A program made the position numbers and the translations under genes. Below the pieces are notes generated by a model. The model was not told the DNA's origin and ran no database searches. It was given only the letters and a program-made list of their open reading frames with translations. Of a DNA stretch of 64,000 nucleotides, positions 25,338 to 35,340 are shown in pieces. The stretch's first letter is position 1; the number at the start of each line of letters is the position of its first letter. The DNA comes from Bacteroidota bacterium (lineage in GTDB: Bacteria > Bacteroidota > Bacteroidia > Bacteroidales > UBA4417), in assembly GCA_013376995.1 (NCBI GenBank), contig JACAAZ010000007.1:135373-199372 (forward strand). Reading direction: 5' to 3'.

Positions 25338-26714
25338 TTAAAGTAACTGCGTAATCAGTCCTGGCACCAGGCCAAGCACCAGTTGGGCGAGACAAAGTAA
25401 AACAAGGAATATCCTGAGCCAGGGAGTAAGCCCGATCACAATTTGTCCCCCTTCTCGGAAGAACATGGAGATAACCGGTTTCAGGTAGTAGGCAAGGCTG
25501 ATAGCCGAGCCAATAACAGCGACGATCACGAGTCCCAGGTAACCACTTTCCAGGGTAGCTGTAAATATTGCAAATTTCCCCATAAAACCTGCCAGTGGAG
25601 GAATCCCTGTTAATGAAAGCATTGATACTGCAAGGGTGACGGCAATAAATGGATTTCGCTTAGCAAGGCCTTGATAATGCTCCATTTTATCATCATAAAT
25701 AAAGTCTTTAACAAGCATCAATACTACCAATGCTGCATAGGTAGAAAGGGAATAAGCTGTCAGATAAAGGAGCACAGCTCCCATGGAATGTGTGTTGATT
25801 GCCAGGAGGGCCATTAAAAGATAGCCGGTATGCGCAATCCCGGAATAGGCGAGCAGGCGCTTGAAAGTCCTTTGGTACAAGGCAGTCAGGTTGGCAAGCA
25901 GGATTGTAGCCGCAGAGATGATCATTACCGTATTGGCCCAGAAAGGCTGCAATCCCATGAAGCAATGATTGAACAACCTGAAGATGGCGGCAATTCCTGC
26001 CACCTTTACTACGGTAGCCATGAAGGCTGTGATAACGGTCGGTGAGCCCTGGTATACATCCGGAACCCAGAAATGGAAGGGCACAGCTGCTATCTTAAAG
26101 ATCAATCCCACGAATGTCAGCAGCATCCCTACATAAAACATCTTTGGAAGATCAGCTGAATGTGAGCAGGCAAATGAACCGATGGCAGTTAAATTGAAGG
26201 AGCCTGAAGAACCGTAAAGCAATGCAATGCCAAACAAAAGAAAGCCGGAGGCAAAGGAACCCATGAGGAAATACTTCATCGAAGCCTCCTTGGCAAGATT
26301 GTCAAATTTCTTGCTTCCCGCCAGCACATACATGGAGATAGATAAGGTCTCAATTCCGATAAAAAGCATGACCAGGTTGGCAAACGATGTCATGAGGATA
26401 CCCCCGATCAGGGAGAACACAAGCAAGATATAAACATCATCCAGTGGCTTCACTACGTTCCTGAAGTAATGTCCTGCAATGATGATAACCAGCAGGGCCA
26501 TGAGAATGAGAATTGTATTGAAGGCGATGGCGAAGTTGTCGACCACCATCATCTCATTGTAATAGTGAATATTTGTATTCCAGTCGGCTATATTCAACCC
26601 GCAGGCAACCAGCATTCCAACCACCAGGGTGGGAACTATCCATTTATATTTATGCCAGGCGCCAATCATCATGGTGATGATTGCAAGAGCTGAAAGGGCA
26701 ATTAATGTTGACAT
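25338..26714 (-). CDS. nuoN: NADH-quinone oxidoreductase subunit N
   Basis: 458-aa polytopic antiporter-like subunit. It is the last gene of the nuo series. Confidence 0.9.
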   Translation of the reverse strand: MSTLIALSALAIITMMIGAWHKYKWIVPTLVVGMLVACGLNIADWNTNIHYYNEMMVVDNFAIAFNTILILMALLVIIIAGHYFRNVVKPLDDVYILLVFSLIGGILMTSFANLVMLFIGIETLSISMYVLAGSKKFDNLAKEASMKYFLMGSFASGFLLFGIALLYGSSGSFNLTAIGSFACSHSADLPKMFYVGMLLTFVGLIFKIAAVPFHFWVPDVYQGSPTVITAFMATVVKVAGIAAIFRLFNHCFMGLQPFWANTVMIISAATILLANLTALYQRTFKRLLAYSGIAHTGYLLMALLAINTHSMGAVLLYLTAYSLSTYAALVVLMLVKDFIYDDKMEHYQGLAKRNPFIAVTLAVSMLSLTGIPPLAGFMGKFAIFTATLESGYLGLVIVAVIGSAISLAYYLKPVISMFFREGGQIVIGLTPWLRIFLVLLCLAQLVLGLVPGLITQLL

Positions 26715-26810
26715 TTATATCTTTTTGTATTTCTATTATCAGTTGAGCCTTTATTATCAATCTAATGTTTCGGGCGCCATATGTGATTATAAACACAATA
26801 GGCACAATAG

Positions 26811-28241
26811 TTAATGTATGAGTCCCAAAAGAGCCGGTTCGGCAATATTGAGGAAGGTCGCAGGGTAAATGCCTATCCAGAGGATCATGATTACCAAAGG
26901 TGAAAGAATAAGTATTTCACGGGTTGTAAGGTCATTGAAATCAGGCAATATCAATTTAGGCTTACCAAACATCACTCTCTGGTTCATCCATAGCAGGTAA
27001 ACGGCTGTGAATACTATAGTTAACCCTGCTACTCCTGCAACCCATGGCATGTATTCGAATATCCCCAAAAGAAGCAGGAATTCCCCGACAAATCCATTTG
27101 TCAGAGGCAGTGCAACGGTTGCCAGGATCATGATCATGAAGAAGGTTGCCATTACAGGTGCTTGTCCGGCAATTCCTCCCAGTTCAGATATTTTGCGGGT
27201 CTTGAAACGGACCTGTATCATTTCGATCATGGCGAAAAGGCCAACTACGTTAATTCCATGGGAGATCATCTGAATTGTGGCACCACGGATGCCTTCTGCG
27301 TTCAGTACAAAGGCTCCTGCTGCAATCAATCCCACATGGGCTATGGATGCATAGGCAATCATCCGTTTGAGGTTATCCTGTCTTATAGCTATTACAGAAG
27401 CATAGATGATGCCTGTAACGGAAAGCAATACAGCAAGCCAGCCCCACTCAGCCAGGGCATTCGGGCATAGCGGGATTATAAACCTCAGAATACCATAAAT
27501 GCCCATCTTCAGCATGATTCCTGCAAGCAGCATACTCCCCTGGTATGGAGCGGTTGTATAGGTGTCGGGTTGCCAGGTGTGGAAAGGGAATATGGGTATC
27601 TTAATGGCAAAGGCAACGAAGAATGCTGCAAACACCAATGTTTCCATATGCGGGCTCATCCTGACAGCATAAAGAGCCTCAAAACTGAAAGAATGGGGGG
27701 TAGGAGTTGCAAGGTAAAGAGAGATCAATGCGATGAGCATAAAAAGGCTGCCCAGCAAGGTATAAACGAAGAATTTAAAGGTTATCCTAATCTTATCTGT
27801 GCTCCCCCATAATCCGCAGATAAAATAAATCGGGATGAGTGCCAGTTCCCAGAAAATGTAGAACATCAATCCATCACGAGCTGAAAAAACACCGATCAGT
27901 GCCATTTCCATCATCATGATCAGTCCATAAAACACATGTGGCCTGCGATACGTCCTGTTAAAGGCTGAAAGGATGATGAGCGGTGTAAGAAAGGTTGTCA
28001 GCAGGATCAGGAGGTTGCTTAGTCCATCCATGCCGATGCTGAAATGAGCCCCGAAATTGCCTGCCAGTGCCCTGTCGAAGGTAGTATGACATTCACAATT
28101 ATTAATCGTTATGTAAACCGAAAGGATGAAAACCAGGATGGATCCTGAGAATGCAATCCACTTGGCACGGAACCCTTCCTGGCTCATAAAGCTCAGGGCA
28201 GAGGTGAGTAAGGCAATTAACAAAATAACCAGTAGTATCAT
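26811..28241 (-). CDS. nuoM: NADH-quinone oxidoreductase subunit M
   Basis: 476-aa antiporter-like subunit (…FPFHTWQPDTY…), positioned between nuoL and nuoN. Confidence 0.9.
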   Translation of the reverse strand: MILLVILLIALLTSALSFMSQEGFRAKWIAFSGSILVFILSVYITINNCECHTTFDRALAGNFGAHFSIGMDGLSNLLILLTTFLTPLIILSAFNRTYRRPHVFYGLIMMMEMALIGVFSARDGLMFYIFWELALIPIYFICGLWGSTDKIRITFKFFVYTLLGSLFMLIALISLYLATPTPHSFSFEALYAVRMSPHMETLVFAAFFVAFAIKIPIFPFHTWQPDTYTTAPYQGSMLLAGIMLKMGIYGILRFIIPLCPNALAEWGWLAVLLSVTGIIYASVIAIRQDNLKRMIAYASIAHVGLIAAGAFVLNAEGIRGATIQMISHGINVVGLFAMIEMIQVRFKTRKISELGGIAGQAPVMATFFMIMILATVALPLTNGFVGEFLLLLGIFEYMPWVAGVAGLTIVFTAVYLLWMNQRVMFGKPKLILPDFNDLTTREILILSPLVIMILWIGIYPATFLNIAEPALLGLIH

Positions 28242-28250
28242 CTAGCGGAA

Positions 28251-30143
28251 TCAAATTAATAGGTTAAGCAATAGGATCAGGATAATTCCGATCACCATGA
28301 CGAACATGTAAAAGCCGGTATTCCCGGTCTGTATCAGTCGTAATGTGTTGCCGGTGCGGATTACCAGGTTACCGATCCCATTTACAACTGCATCAATGCC
28401 TTTTACTTCGATAAAACGATGAAAGACATCCGAAAGCCAGGAGAAAGGCTTTACGAAAAGGAAATCATAAATTTCATCAACATAAAATTTCCGGCTCAGC
28501 AAGGATTTTAAGGCTGGAAGTTCAACTCCGTCAGCTATAGGAATAACTTTTTTCTTTGAGTAAATCCACCAGGCAAGTAGAATTGAAGATGCTGTAAAAA
28601 GCAAGGTAATTATGATCAGCATCCATTCAATACCAGTACTCAACTCGGTTCCGTTCGTTTGGACGGAACCCAGAACCGGCTTCAGAAAACTACCCAGGTT
28701 ATGGCTACCCCCGAACAAGGCTGGTATCCCCATGAATCCTCCAATTGCAGCAAGCACTGCAAGGATCAATAAAGGAACAGTCATTACCGCAGGAGACTCA
28801 TGCATATGTTCTTCCTGTTTTTGGGTACCCCTGAATTTGCCGGGAAATACCAGGAAAAGAAGCCGGAACATATAGAATGTTGTGAGCAGGGCACCGGCTA
28901 GAGCAAAAGCCCACATAACCGGATTGGATTTATAGACTTCCATAAGGATCTCATCTTTCGAAAAGAATCCTGAGAGAGGTGGAATTCCGGCAATAGCCAG
29001 TGTTGCAATAAGGAATGTGATGAATGTTGTTCGCAGTTTTCCCGATAGTCCTCCCATTTTCCGGATATCCTGTTCCCCGCCAAGTGCATGAATTACACTG
29101 CCGGCTCCAAGGAACAGAAGGGCCTTGAAAAATGCATGTGTTGTAAGGTGGAACATAGCTCCCGTAAACGAACCAACTCCAAGTGCAAGGAACATGTATC
29201 CCAGCTGGCTAATAGTGGAATAGGCCAGCACCTTCTTGATATCATTCTGCATCATGGCGATCATAGCTGCCATGAGGGCTGTTACCAGGCCGGTCCAGGC
29301 TATGATTTGCATAGTTACAGGAGATAGGATGAATAAGATATTGCAACGAGCCACCATGTAAACACCGGCCGTGACCATGGTTGCGGCATGGATGAGTGCC
29401 GAAACCGGTGTAGGCCCGGCCATGGCATCCGGTAGCCAGGTGAAAAGCGGAATCTGCGCGCTTTTACCGGTAGCTCCTATGAAGAGTAAAATTGTGATCG
29501 CCAGCAGGGTAGGGTCTCCGGATGAGAAGGATTTGGCTTTTTCAAAGACCGTAGTGAATTCTAAGCTTCCAAAGGTTCTAAAAATCAGGAACATCCCAAG
29601 GAGAAATCCCAGGTCACCGATCCTGTTCATGATGAATGCCTTTTTAGCTGCATTGTTGTTTGCATGGTCTTTGAACCAGAAACCGATCAGGAGGTAGGAA
29701 CAGAGCCCAACACCTTCCCAGCCGATGAACATTACGACAAAGTTCCCGGCCATCACGAGCAGCAGCATGGAGAACATGAATAAGTTCATATAAGAGAAGA
29801 AGCGGTTAACTCCGGCATCTTCATGCATATATCCTATTGAGTAGACATGTATCAGGAACCCGACGCCAGTTACGACCAGTAACATAAGGCTGGTGAGTTG
29901 ATCTATATGGAAGCTGAATCCCAACGAGAGGTTCCCTGCCTGGATCCAGTCAAAAAGCGTGATCGATATTGGCTGGTTCCCGTTTTTAAGGGAAACAAAA
30001 GCGATAATTGAAAAGACAAATGAAACAAGAACAGCCAGGCTGGCTATCAATCCTGAATATTGGCGGGGAATCAACCTGAATCCAAACCCGGTTACAAGGA
30101 AGCCGATGAGCGGAAAGATGGGTATAAGCCAGAATTCATGCAT
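28251..30143 (-). CDS. nuoL: NADH-quinone oxidoreductase subunit L
   Basis: 630-aa antiporter-like subunit (…PLFTWLPDAMAGPTPVSALIHAATMV…) with a C-terminal lateral-helix extension. Confidence 0.92.
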   Translation of the reverse strand: MHEFWLIPIFPLIGFLVTGFGFRLIPRQYSGLIASLAVLVSFVFSIIAFVSLKNGNQPISITLFDWIQAGNLSLGFSFHIDQLTSLMLLVVTGVGFLIHVYSIGYMHEDAGVNRFFSYMNLFMFSMLLLVMAGNFVVMFIGWEGVGLCSYLLIGFWFKDHANNNAAKKAFIMNRIGDLGFLLGMFLIFRTFGSLEFTTVFEKAKSFSSGDPTLLAITILLFIGATGKSAQIPLFTWLPDAMAGPTPVSALIHAATMVTAGVYMVARCNILFILSPVTMQIIAWTGLVTALMAAMIAMMQNDIKKVLAYSTISQLGYMFLALGVGSFTGAMFHLTTHAFFKALLFLGAGSVIHALGGEQDIRKMGGLSGKLRTTFITFLIATLAIAGIPPLSGFFSKDEILMEVYKSNPVMWAFALAGALLTTFYMFRLLFLVFPGKFRGTQKQEEHMHESPAVMTVPLLILAVLAAIGGFMGIPALFGGSHNLGSFLKPVLGSVQTNGTELSTGIEWMLIIITLLFTASSILLAWWIYSKKKVIPIADGVELPALKSLLSRKFYVDEIYDFLFVKPFSWLSDVFHRFIEVKGIDAVVNGIGNLVIRTGNTLRLIQTGNTGFYMFVMVIGIILILLLNLLI

Positions 30144-30203
30144 AAGTTAGTAGTCGTATTTGTAAGTTAAAAAGCTTCAAAATTCATCCCTGGGTGGAGC
30201 TGT

Positions 30204-30512
30204 TTACCACTTTAACCTGTTGAGCAGGTGTATATCTACCGAATGTGTGTGCCTGTAAACCATAACAAGTATTGCAAGCCCGATGGCTACCTCAGCTGCT
30301 GCTACTACCATAATGAAGAATACAAATACCTGACCGGCCGGGTCGTTCATATATACCGAGAAAGCTGCAAGTAAGAGATTGATGGAGTTCAGCATCAATT
30401 CGATAGACATAAAGATGGACAAGGCGTTTCGTTTGATCAGTACACCCGCCACCCCGATGGAAAAGAGGACTGTGCAGAACACCAGGTAATCATTCATTGA
30501 AATTGCATTCAT
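30204..30512 (-). CDS. nuoK: NADH-quinone oxidoreductase subunit K
   Basis: 102 aa with 3 TM helices (…AAAEVAIGLAILV…). Confidence 0.9.
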   Translation of the reverse strand: MNAISMNDYLVFCTVLFSIGVAGVLIKRNALSIFMSIELMLNSINLLLAAFSVYMNDPAGQVFVFFIMVVAAAEVAIGLAILVMVYRHTHSVDIHLLNRLKW

Positions 30513-30538
30513 ATTCTTAGAACTTGTAAAGTCGTTGG

Positions 30539-31030
30539 TTAATCTTTCTTACCCAGTAACACTGCTCCAACCATTGCGGAAAGGAAGAGTACTGATGAAA
30601 CCTCAAACGGAAGAAGGTATTCGTGGTATAATACTTTGGCGAGGCTTGATACCAGACCGATCTGGGTCATTGTGGGATCTTTTGCCATTACCACATCCGT
30701 TTGTTTCAAAACTCCCACCAGTGTGATCATGAGTATGCCACCCGCAGCCATGGCTGCCACCTGCACCAGGGCAGGCTTCTGGAACTCGCCTTCCTTGTTA
30801 AGGTTAAGGAGCATGACGGTAAACAGGAAGAGCACCATGATGGCACCGGCATAAACTATGATGTGCACTACAGCCAGGAACTGTGCATTGAGGAGAACAT
30901 AATGCCCTCCAAGGCAGAACATCGCCAGGGTAAGGTACAATACTGTATGTATTGGCTTCTTTGATATAACAACCATGAACGCCGAATACAAGGCCAGGAT
31001 ACAGAGAAAATAGAACAGATAAACCTTCAT
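30539..31030 (-). CDS. nuoJ: NADH-quinone oxidoreductase subunit J
   Basis: 163-aa membrane subunit in the conserved position. Confidence 0.85.
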   Translation of the reverse strand: MKVYLFYFLCILALYSAFMVVISKKPIHTVLYLTLAMFCLGGHYVLLNAQFLAVVHIIVYAGAIMVLFLFTVMLLNLNKEGEFQKPALVQVAAMAAGGILMITLVGVLKQTDVVMAKDPTMTQIGLVSSLAKVLYHEYLLPFEVSSVLFLSAMVGAVLLGKKD

Positions 31031-31079
31031 TCCTTGAAATTTCTATTTTTTGTAATGTGTTTGGTCAATAGTTGAACAA

Positions 31080-31667
31080 CTAATCATTGTGCTTCCGGTT
31101 CTTTTCCTTCTTGAAAGCCAGTACTTCAGGAGTTTGTCTTTTTGTGACATCGACCCTGTTGTCCATGGATTCAACCAATATATCCTTCCCATATATGAAC
31201 CGATCTCTGTGATAATCTGCGTTTACAATTCTGGGCGTCAGGAATATAGCTTCTTTGGGGCAGGCTTCCTCGCACAATCCACAGAAAATGCAGCGCAACA
31301 TATTGATCTCGTATATTTTGGCATATTTTTCTTCCCTGTATAGATTCTCTTCCCCCGGTTTGCGCTCTTCTGCAACCATGGTAATGGCTTCAGCGGGGCA
31401 GGCAACTGCACAAAGGCCACAGGCGGTGCAGCGTTCACGGCCTTCATCATCCCTTTTCAACACATGTTGTCCGCGGTATATTTCTGAGAATTCCCTCTTG
31501 GTCTCAGGGTAGCGAATGGTGGCTTTATGCTTCAGAAGGTGACTCAATGTAATAGTCATCCCTTTCAGGATGGCGGGCAGATAAAGTCGTTCCACCCAGG
31601 TAATTTTCTTATCAGAAACGATCTTCGACCGGCCTGAAACAGAAGTATATGGTTTTAAATCACTCAT
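31080..31667 (-). CDS. nuoI: NADH-quinone oxidoreductase subunit I (2x[4Fe-4S])
   Basis: Two canonical CxxCxxCxxxCP motifs: CTACGLCAVACP and CIFCGLCEEACP. Confidence 0.93.
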   Translation of the reverse strand: MSDLKPYTSVSGRSKIVSDKKITWVERLYLPAILKGMTITLSHLLKHKATIRYPETKREFSEIYRGQHVLKRDDEGRERCTACGLCAVACPAEAITMVAEERKPGEENLYREEKYAKIYEINMLRCIFCGLCEEACPKEAIFLTPRIVNADYHRDRFIYGKDILVESMDNRVDVTKRQTPEVLAFKKEKNRKHND

Positions 31668-31697
31668 TATTTCCTGATAAAAGCAGTATTGACAAGA

Positions 31698-32723
31698 TTA
31701 GTGTAACAACCTGATAACAAACCCTGTAATAACCATGTTGAAAATGGCCAGCGGGATAAGTTTCTTCCATCCCAGTTTCATAAGTTGATCATACCTGAAC
31801 CTTGGTAAGGTCCAGCGGATCCACATGAAAACAAAGCCAAAAAATGTAATTTTCAGGAAGAGAATCAGAACTCCTATAATGGTAAGGATGTTATGAGAAA
31901 CTGGTAACATGGATTCAAACGGGAAATGGTATCCGCCGAAATAGAGGCAGGAAATGATAGCAGCTGATATAAACATATTGATATATTCGGCAAACAGGTA
32001 GAAGCCGAGTTTCATGGAACTGTATTCGGTATGGTATCCTCCTACCAATTCAGTTTCACATTCAGGAAGGTCAAAAGGTGCACGATTCGTTTCAGCGAGG
32101 GCGCAAACAAGGAAGATGACAAATCCAAGCGGCTGATACCAAACGTTCCAGTTGAATCCAGCCTGCTGGTCAACGATCTTCTGAATACTCAGGGTTCCTG
32201 ACATCATAACCACGGCAATGATAGATAATCCCATTGCCAGTTCATAGCTGATCATCTGGGAGGCAGCACGAATGGCTCCCAACAGCGCATATTTATTGTT
32301 CGAGGCCCATCCCCCGATCATAATTCCATAGACACCAACAGAAACGACTGCAAAAACATAGAGTATCCCAATATTGATATCAGCAACCTGGAGACTGAAT
32401 TCATGCCCATTGATAATAAGGCTGTTACCCCAGGGGATTACTGCGGAGGTGAGCAAAGCCACCAGCATGGTGAGGGAAGGCCCGAGGATATAAAGGAATT
32501 TATTAGCTGATGCGGGCATGAATTCCTCTTTGTAGAAAAGCTTGATGCCATCAGCCAGGGGCTGTAACAGTCCGAAGGGACCTGCCCTGTCCGGCCCAAG
32601 CCTGTCCTGGAAAAAGGCAGCAAGCTTCCTCTCAGCCAATGTGGAGTACATGGCAATCAGCAGGCTCACAGTCAGTATGGCGATGGACAGAGTGGCTTTG
32701 TATAGGATGAATTGGTATTCCAT
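31698..32723 (-). CDS. nuoH: NADH-quinone oxidoreductase subunit H
   Basis: 341 aa (…RLGPDRAGPFGLLQPLADGIKL…, …APFDLPECETELVGGYHTEYS…). Confidence 0.93.
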   Translation of the reverse strand: MEYQFILYKATLSIAILTVSLLIAMYSTLAERKLAAFFQDRLGPDRAGPFGLLQPLADGIKLFYKEEFMPASANKFLYILGPSLTMLVALLTSAVIPWGNSLIINGHEFSLQVADINIGILYVFAVVSVGVYGIMIGGWASNNKYALLGAIRAASQMISYELAMGLSIIAVVMMSGTLSIQKIVDQQAGFNWNVWYQPLGFVIFLVCALAETNRAPFDLPECETELVGGYHTEYSSMKLGFYLFAEYINMFISAAIISCLYFGGYHFPFESMLPVSHNILTIIGVLILFLKITFFGFVFMWIRWTLPRFRYDQLMKLGWKKLIPLAIFNMVITGFVIRLLH

Positions 32724-33032
32724 GCTGGTCTTTTAGGGTACTAAAAATCTCTTGATGTTAAGGCTAAGCGCTAAGAGCATAGTGCATAGCGTTATATTGA
32801 TGTTATAATTTATGCAGGGTAGTTTTATTCTTTTGCATCTTGATTCGTTCTTCTGACTTCCGACTTCTTACTTCCTATTTTTATCTTTTGACTTTTCCGT
32901 CAGCTGACGGATTTGACTTTTATCTTTTGACTTTTGTCTTTTGTCTTTTGACTTTTGTCTTTTGACTTTTGTCTTTTATCTTTTGACTTTTATCTTATTC
33001 CTCCCCACTTTGCGCTTAACGCTGCACCCCCC
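32724..33032. repeat. mosaic heptamer-repeat spacer between nuoG and nuoH (region A)
   Basis: 309 nt non-coding. It has about 15 phased WCTTTTR heptamers (about 32880..32997), GACTTCC/TACTTCC words, and GCTAAGCGCTAAGAGCATAGTGCATAGCG (32762..32790). The perfect 16-bp palindrome lies at 32896..32911. Confidence 0.9.
32896..32911. repeat. perfect 16-bp palindrome TCCGTCAGCTGACGGA (copy 2 of 3)
   Basis: Read directly from the sequence. It is embedded in the CTTTTG heptamer tract. Confidence 0.9.
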
Positions 33033-34001
33033 TCACTCCTGTTTCTCTGTCTTTTCCTCAAGTGGCTTGATGATAGACGGTTTTTTTATTTTTTCATAAT
33101 GGTTGGCTGATATGACCGAATTCCGTTCGATGTGGCGGGGGCCTTCAATAACCCAATCGGAAGTCTGTTTCTTTTCAAAACGGCATTCATCGCAAATGAA
33201 TTCCTCAACTTCTCCGAATTGATCCTTGCGGGCAGTTACCCTGTAAATCTCCTTGCCAAACATCCAGGCTGTGACTTTCCCGCTGCATTTCAGGCAATCG
33301 CGGTGGGCGTTCATTGGGTTCAGGAACCATACCCTGCTTTTAAAGCGGAAAGTGCGGTCAGTCAGGGCCCCTACAGGGCATACATCAATCACATTCCCTG
33401 AGAAATCAGAATTAATATTTTGGCTGATGAGGGTGCTGATCTCAGCCGTGTCACCCCTGTACATCACGCCATGCACACGTTTGCCGGCAATCTGGTCCGC
33501 AGTATAAACGCAGCGGTAGCAAAGGATACATCGGTTCATGTGCAGTTTGATCTTCTCACCAATATCAACTACATCAAATTCTCTTTTCTCTTCGATATAG
33601 CGGGTAGCTTCAAGTCCATGTTTGAAACTGAGGTCCTGGAGGTCGCATTCACCAGCCTGGTCGCAAACCGGGCAATCCAACGGGTGATTGATCAGCAGGA
33701 ATTCCACGATGGCTTTCCTGGCTGCAAGAACTTCGGGAGATGTTATATTCTGAACGACCATTCCATCCTGGACAGGTGTGCTGCATGAGGCTACCAATTT
33801 AGGCATAGGCCTTGGATCAGCTGCGGAACCCTGGGCTACTTTAACCAGGCAGGTACGGCATTTTCCGCCGCTTCCCTTCAATTTGGAGTAGTAACACATA
33901 GCAGGAGGCACTACTTCCCCGCCGATTTTTCTGGCAGCGTTGAGGATAGTGGTTCCCGGTTCTACTTCGACCGTTATGTTATCAATGGTTACTTTAAACA
34001 T
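33033..34001 (-). CDS. nuoG: NADH-quinone oxidoreductase subunit G, short form (FeS N-terminal module only)
   Basis: 2Fe-2S motif CYYSKLKGSGGKCRTCLV...C, HPLDCPVCDQAGEC, and CILCYRC...CPVGAL. The ATG at 34001 overlaps the nuoF stop by 8 nt; the ORF track TTG is at 34013. Confidence 0.88.
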   Translation of the reverse strand: MFKVTIDNITVEVEPGTTILNAARKIGGEVVPPAMCYYSKLKGSGGKCRTCLVKVAQGSAADPRPMPKLVASCSTPVQDGMVVQNITSPEVLAARKAIVEFLLINHPLDCPVCDQAGECDLQDLSFKHGLEATRYIEEKREFDVVDIGEKIKLHMNRCILCYRCVYTADQIAGKRVHGVMYRGDTAEISTLISQNINSDFSGNVIDVCPVGALTDRTFRFKSRVWFLNPMNAHRDCLKCSGKVTAWMFGKEIYRVTARKDQFGEVEEFICDECRFEKKQTSDWVIEGPRHIERNSVISANHYEKIKKPSIIKPLEEKTEKQE

Positions 34002-35340
34002 GTACTTGTGCAAGTTTAGAAATGGGCTGGTGTTTTGGATCCCTGACCAATTCCGGGTAATTTACATGAAATTCAAATTCTTCCCTGAAATGCCTTATGG
34101 CGCTGGCAACAGGCCAAGCAGCAGCATCCCCGAGCGGACAGATGGTATTGCCTTCAATCTTGGCCGCTATGCTTACGAGCAGGTCAATATCTTCCTGGCG
34201 CCCATGGCCGTTCTCGATCCGGTGAAGCACCTTCTCCATCCAGCCTGTGCCTTCGCGGCAGGGCGAACACTGGCCGCAGCTTTCATGGTGGTAAAAACGT
34301 GAGAAATTCCAGGTACTGCGGACCATGCAGGCATCCGCATCATACACAATAAATCCCCCGGAACCCATCATGGTCCCGCTGACAAATCCACCTTCAGCCA
34401 GGGATTCATAACTCATAAGCCTTGGTTCACCTGCTGCGGTAGTAGTAATCAGCTTAGCAGGAAGAACAGGAACCGAAGATCCGCCGGGTATAACAGCTTT
34501 TAATTGCTTCCCGCCTTTGATGCCCCCGCAATATTCTTCGGAAAACAGGAATTCACTGACCGGAAGCCCCAGTTCTATTTCATAAACACCCGGTTTGTTA
34601 ATATTGCCGCAGGCAGAGATCAGTTTTGTACCAGTACTACGTCCAATTCCAATCTTAGCGTATTCAGGGCCGCCCATATTGATGATAGGGCCGACGGCTG
34701 CAAGTGTTTCTACATTGTTGACTACCGTAGGGCAGTCGTAAAGCCCCTTAACAGCGGGGAAAGGAGGTTTGATGCGGGGATTTCCCCTTTTACCTTCCAG
34801 GGATTCCAGCAAAGCTGTTTCTTCACCGCAGATATAGGCTCCCGCACCTGAATGAACATATATCTCAAGCGAGTAATTCGTTCCGAGTATATTTTTTCCA
34901 AGGAAACCGGCTTTACGGGCTTCGGCTACCGCCTGTTCCAGGATGCCAATTTGGGTTTTAAACTCACCCCTGACATAAACGAAGGTGGCATTGCAGCCCA
35001 GTGCATAACTTGAAACAATCAAACCTTCAATTAACAGGTGAGGGATATGGTCAATCAGGTAGCGATCCTTGAATGTTCCGGGTTCACTTTCATCTGCATT
35101 ACAAACGAGGTAGCGGGGATTATTGGTTTTCCTGTCTAAGAAGCTCCATTTGAGGCCTGTCGGGAAGCCGGCTCCACCACGGCCACGCAGGCCCGATTTC
35201 TTAACCTCTTCGATGACTTCGTCAGGAGACATGGTTTTCAGGGCTTTCTCCACTGCGGAGTAGCCTTTGTTGGCCCGGTAAACATCGAAGGTTTTGATGC
35301 CGGGAACGTCGATATGTTCTAACAGAATTTTTCGGCCCAT
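33994..35340 (-). CDS. nuoF: NADH-quinone oxidoreductase subunit F (FMN/NADH-binding)
   Basis: GRGGAGFPTGLKW, GAGAYICGEETALLESLEG and ESCGQCSPCREG. Confidence 0.95.
   Translation of the reverse strand: MGRKILLEHIDVPGIKTFDVYRANKGYSAVEKALKTMSPDEVIEEVKKSGLRGRGGAGFPTGLKWSFLDRKTNNPRYLVCNADESEPGTFKDRYLIDHIPHLLIEGLIVSSYALGCNATFVYVRGEFKTQIGILEQAVAEARKAGFLGKNILGTNYSLEIYVHSGAGAYICGEETALLESLEGKRGNPRIKPPFPAVKGLYDCPTVVNNVETLAAVGPIINMGGPEYAKIGIGRSTGTKLISACGNINKPGVYEIELGLPVSEFLFSEEYCGGIKGGKQLKAVIPGGSSVPVLPAKLITTTAAGEPRLMSYESLAEGGFVSGTMMGSGGFIVYDADACMVRSTWNFSRFYHHESCGQCSPCREGTGWMEKVLHRIENGHGRQEDIDLLVSIAAKIEGNTICPLGDAAAWPVASAIRHFREEFEFHVNYPELVRDPKHQPISKLAQVHV

Noticed and set aside
33033-34013. nuoG only 326 aa: truncated pseudogene?
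   Set aside because: All N-terminal FeS motifs are intact (2Fe-2S; HxxxCxxCxxxxxC; CxxCxxC...CP). The ORF is translationally coupled to nuoF by an 8-nt overlap. Short NuoG lacking the molybdopterin-like domain is, to my knowledge, the normal form in many Bacteroidota. I treat it as functional.
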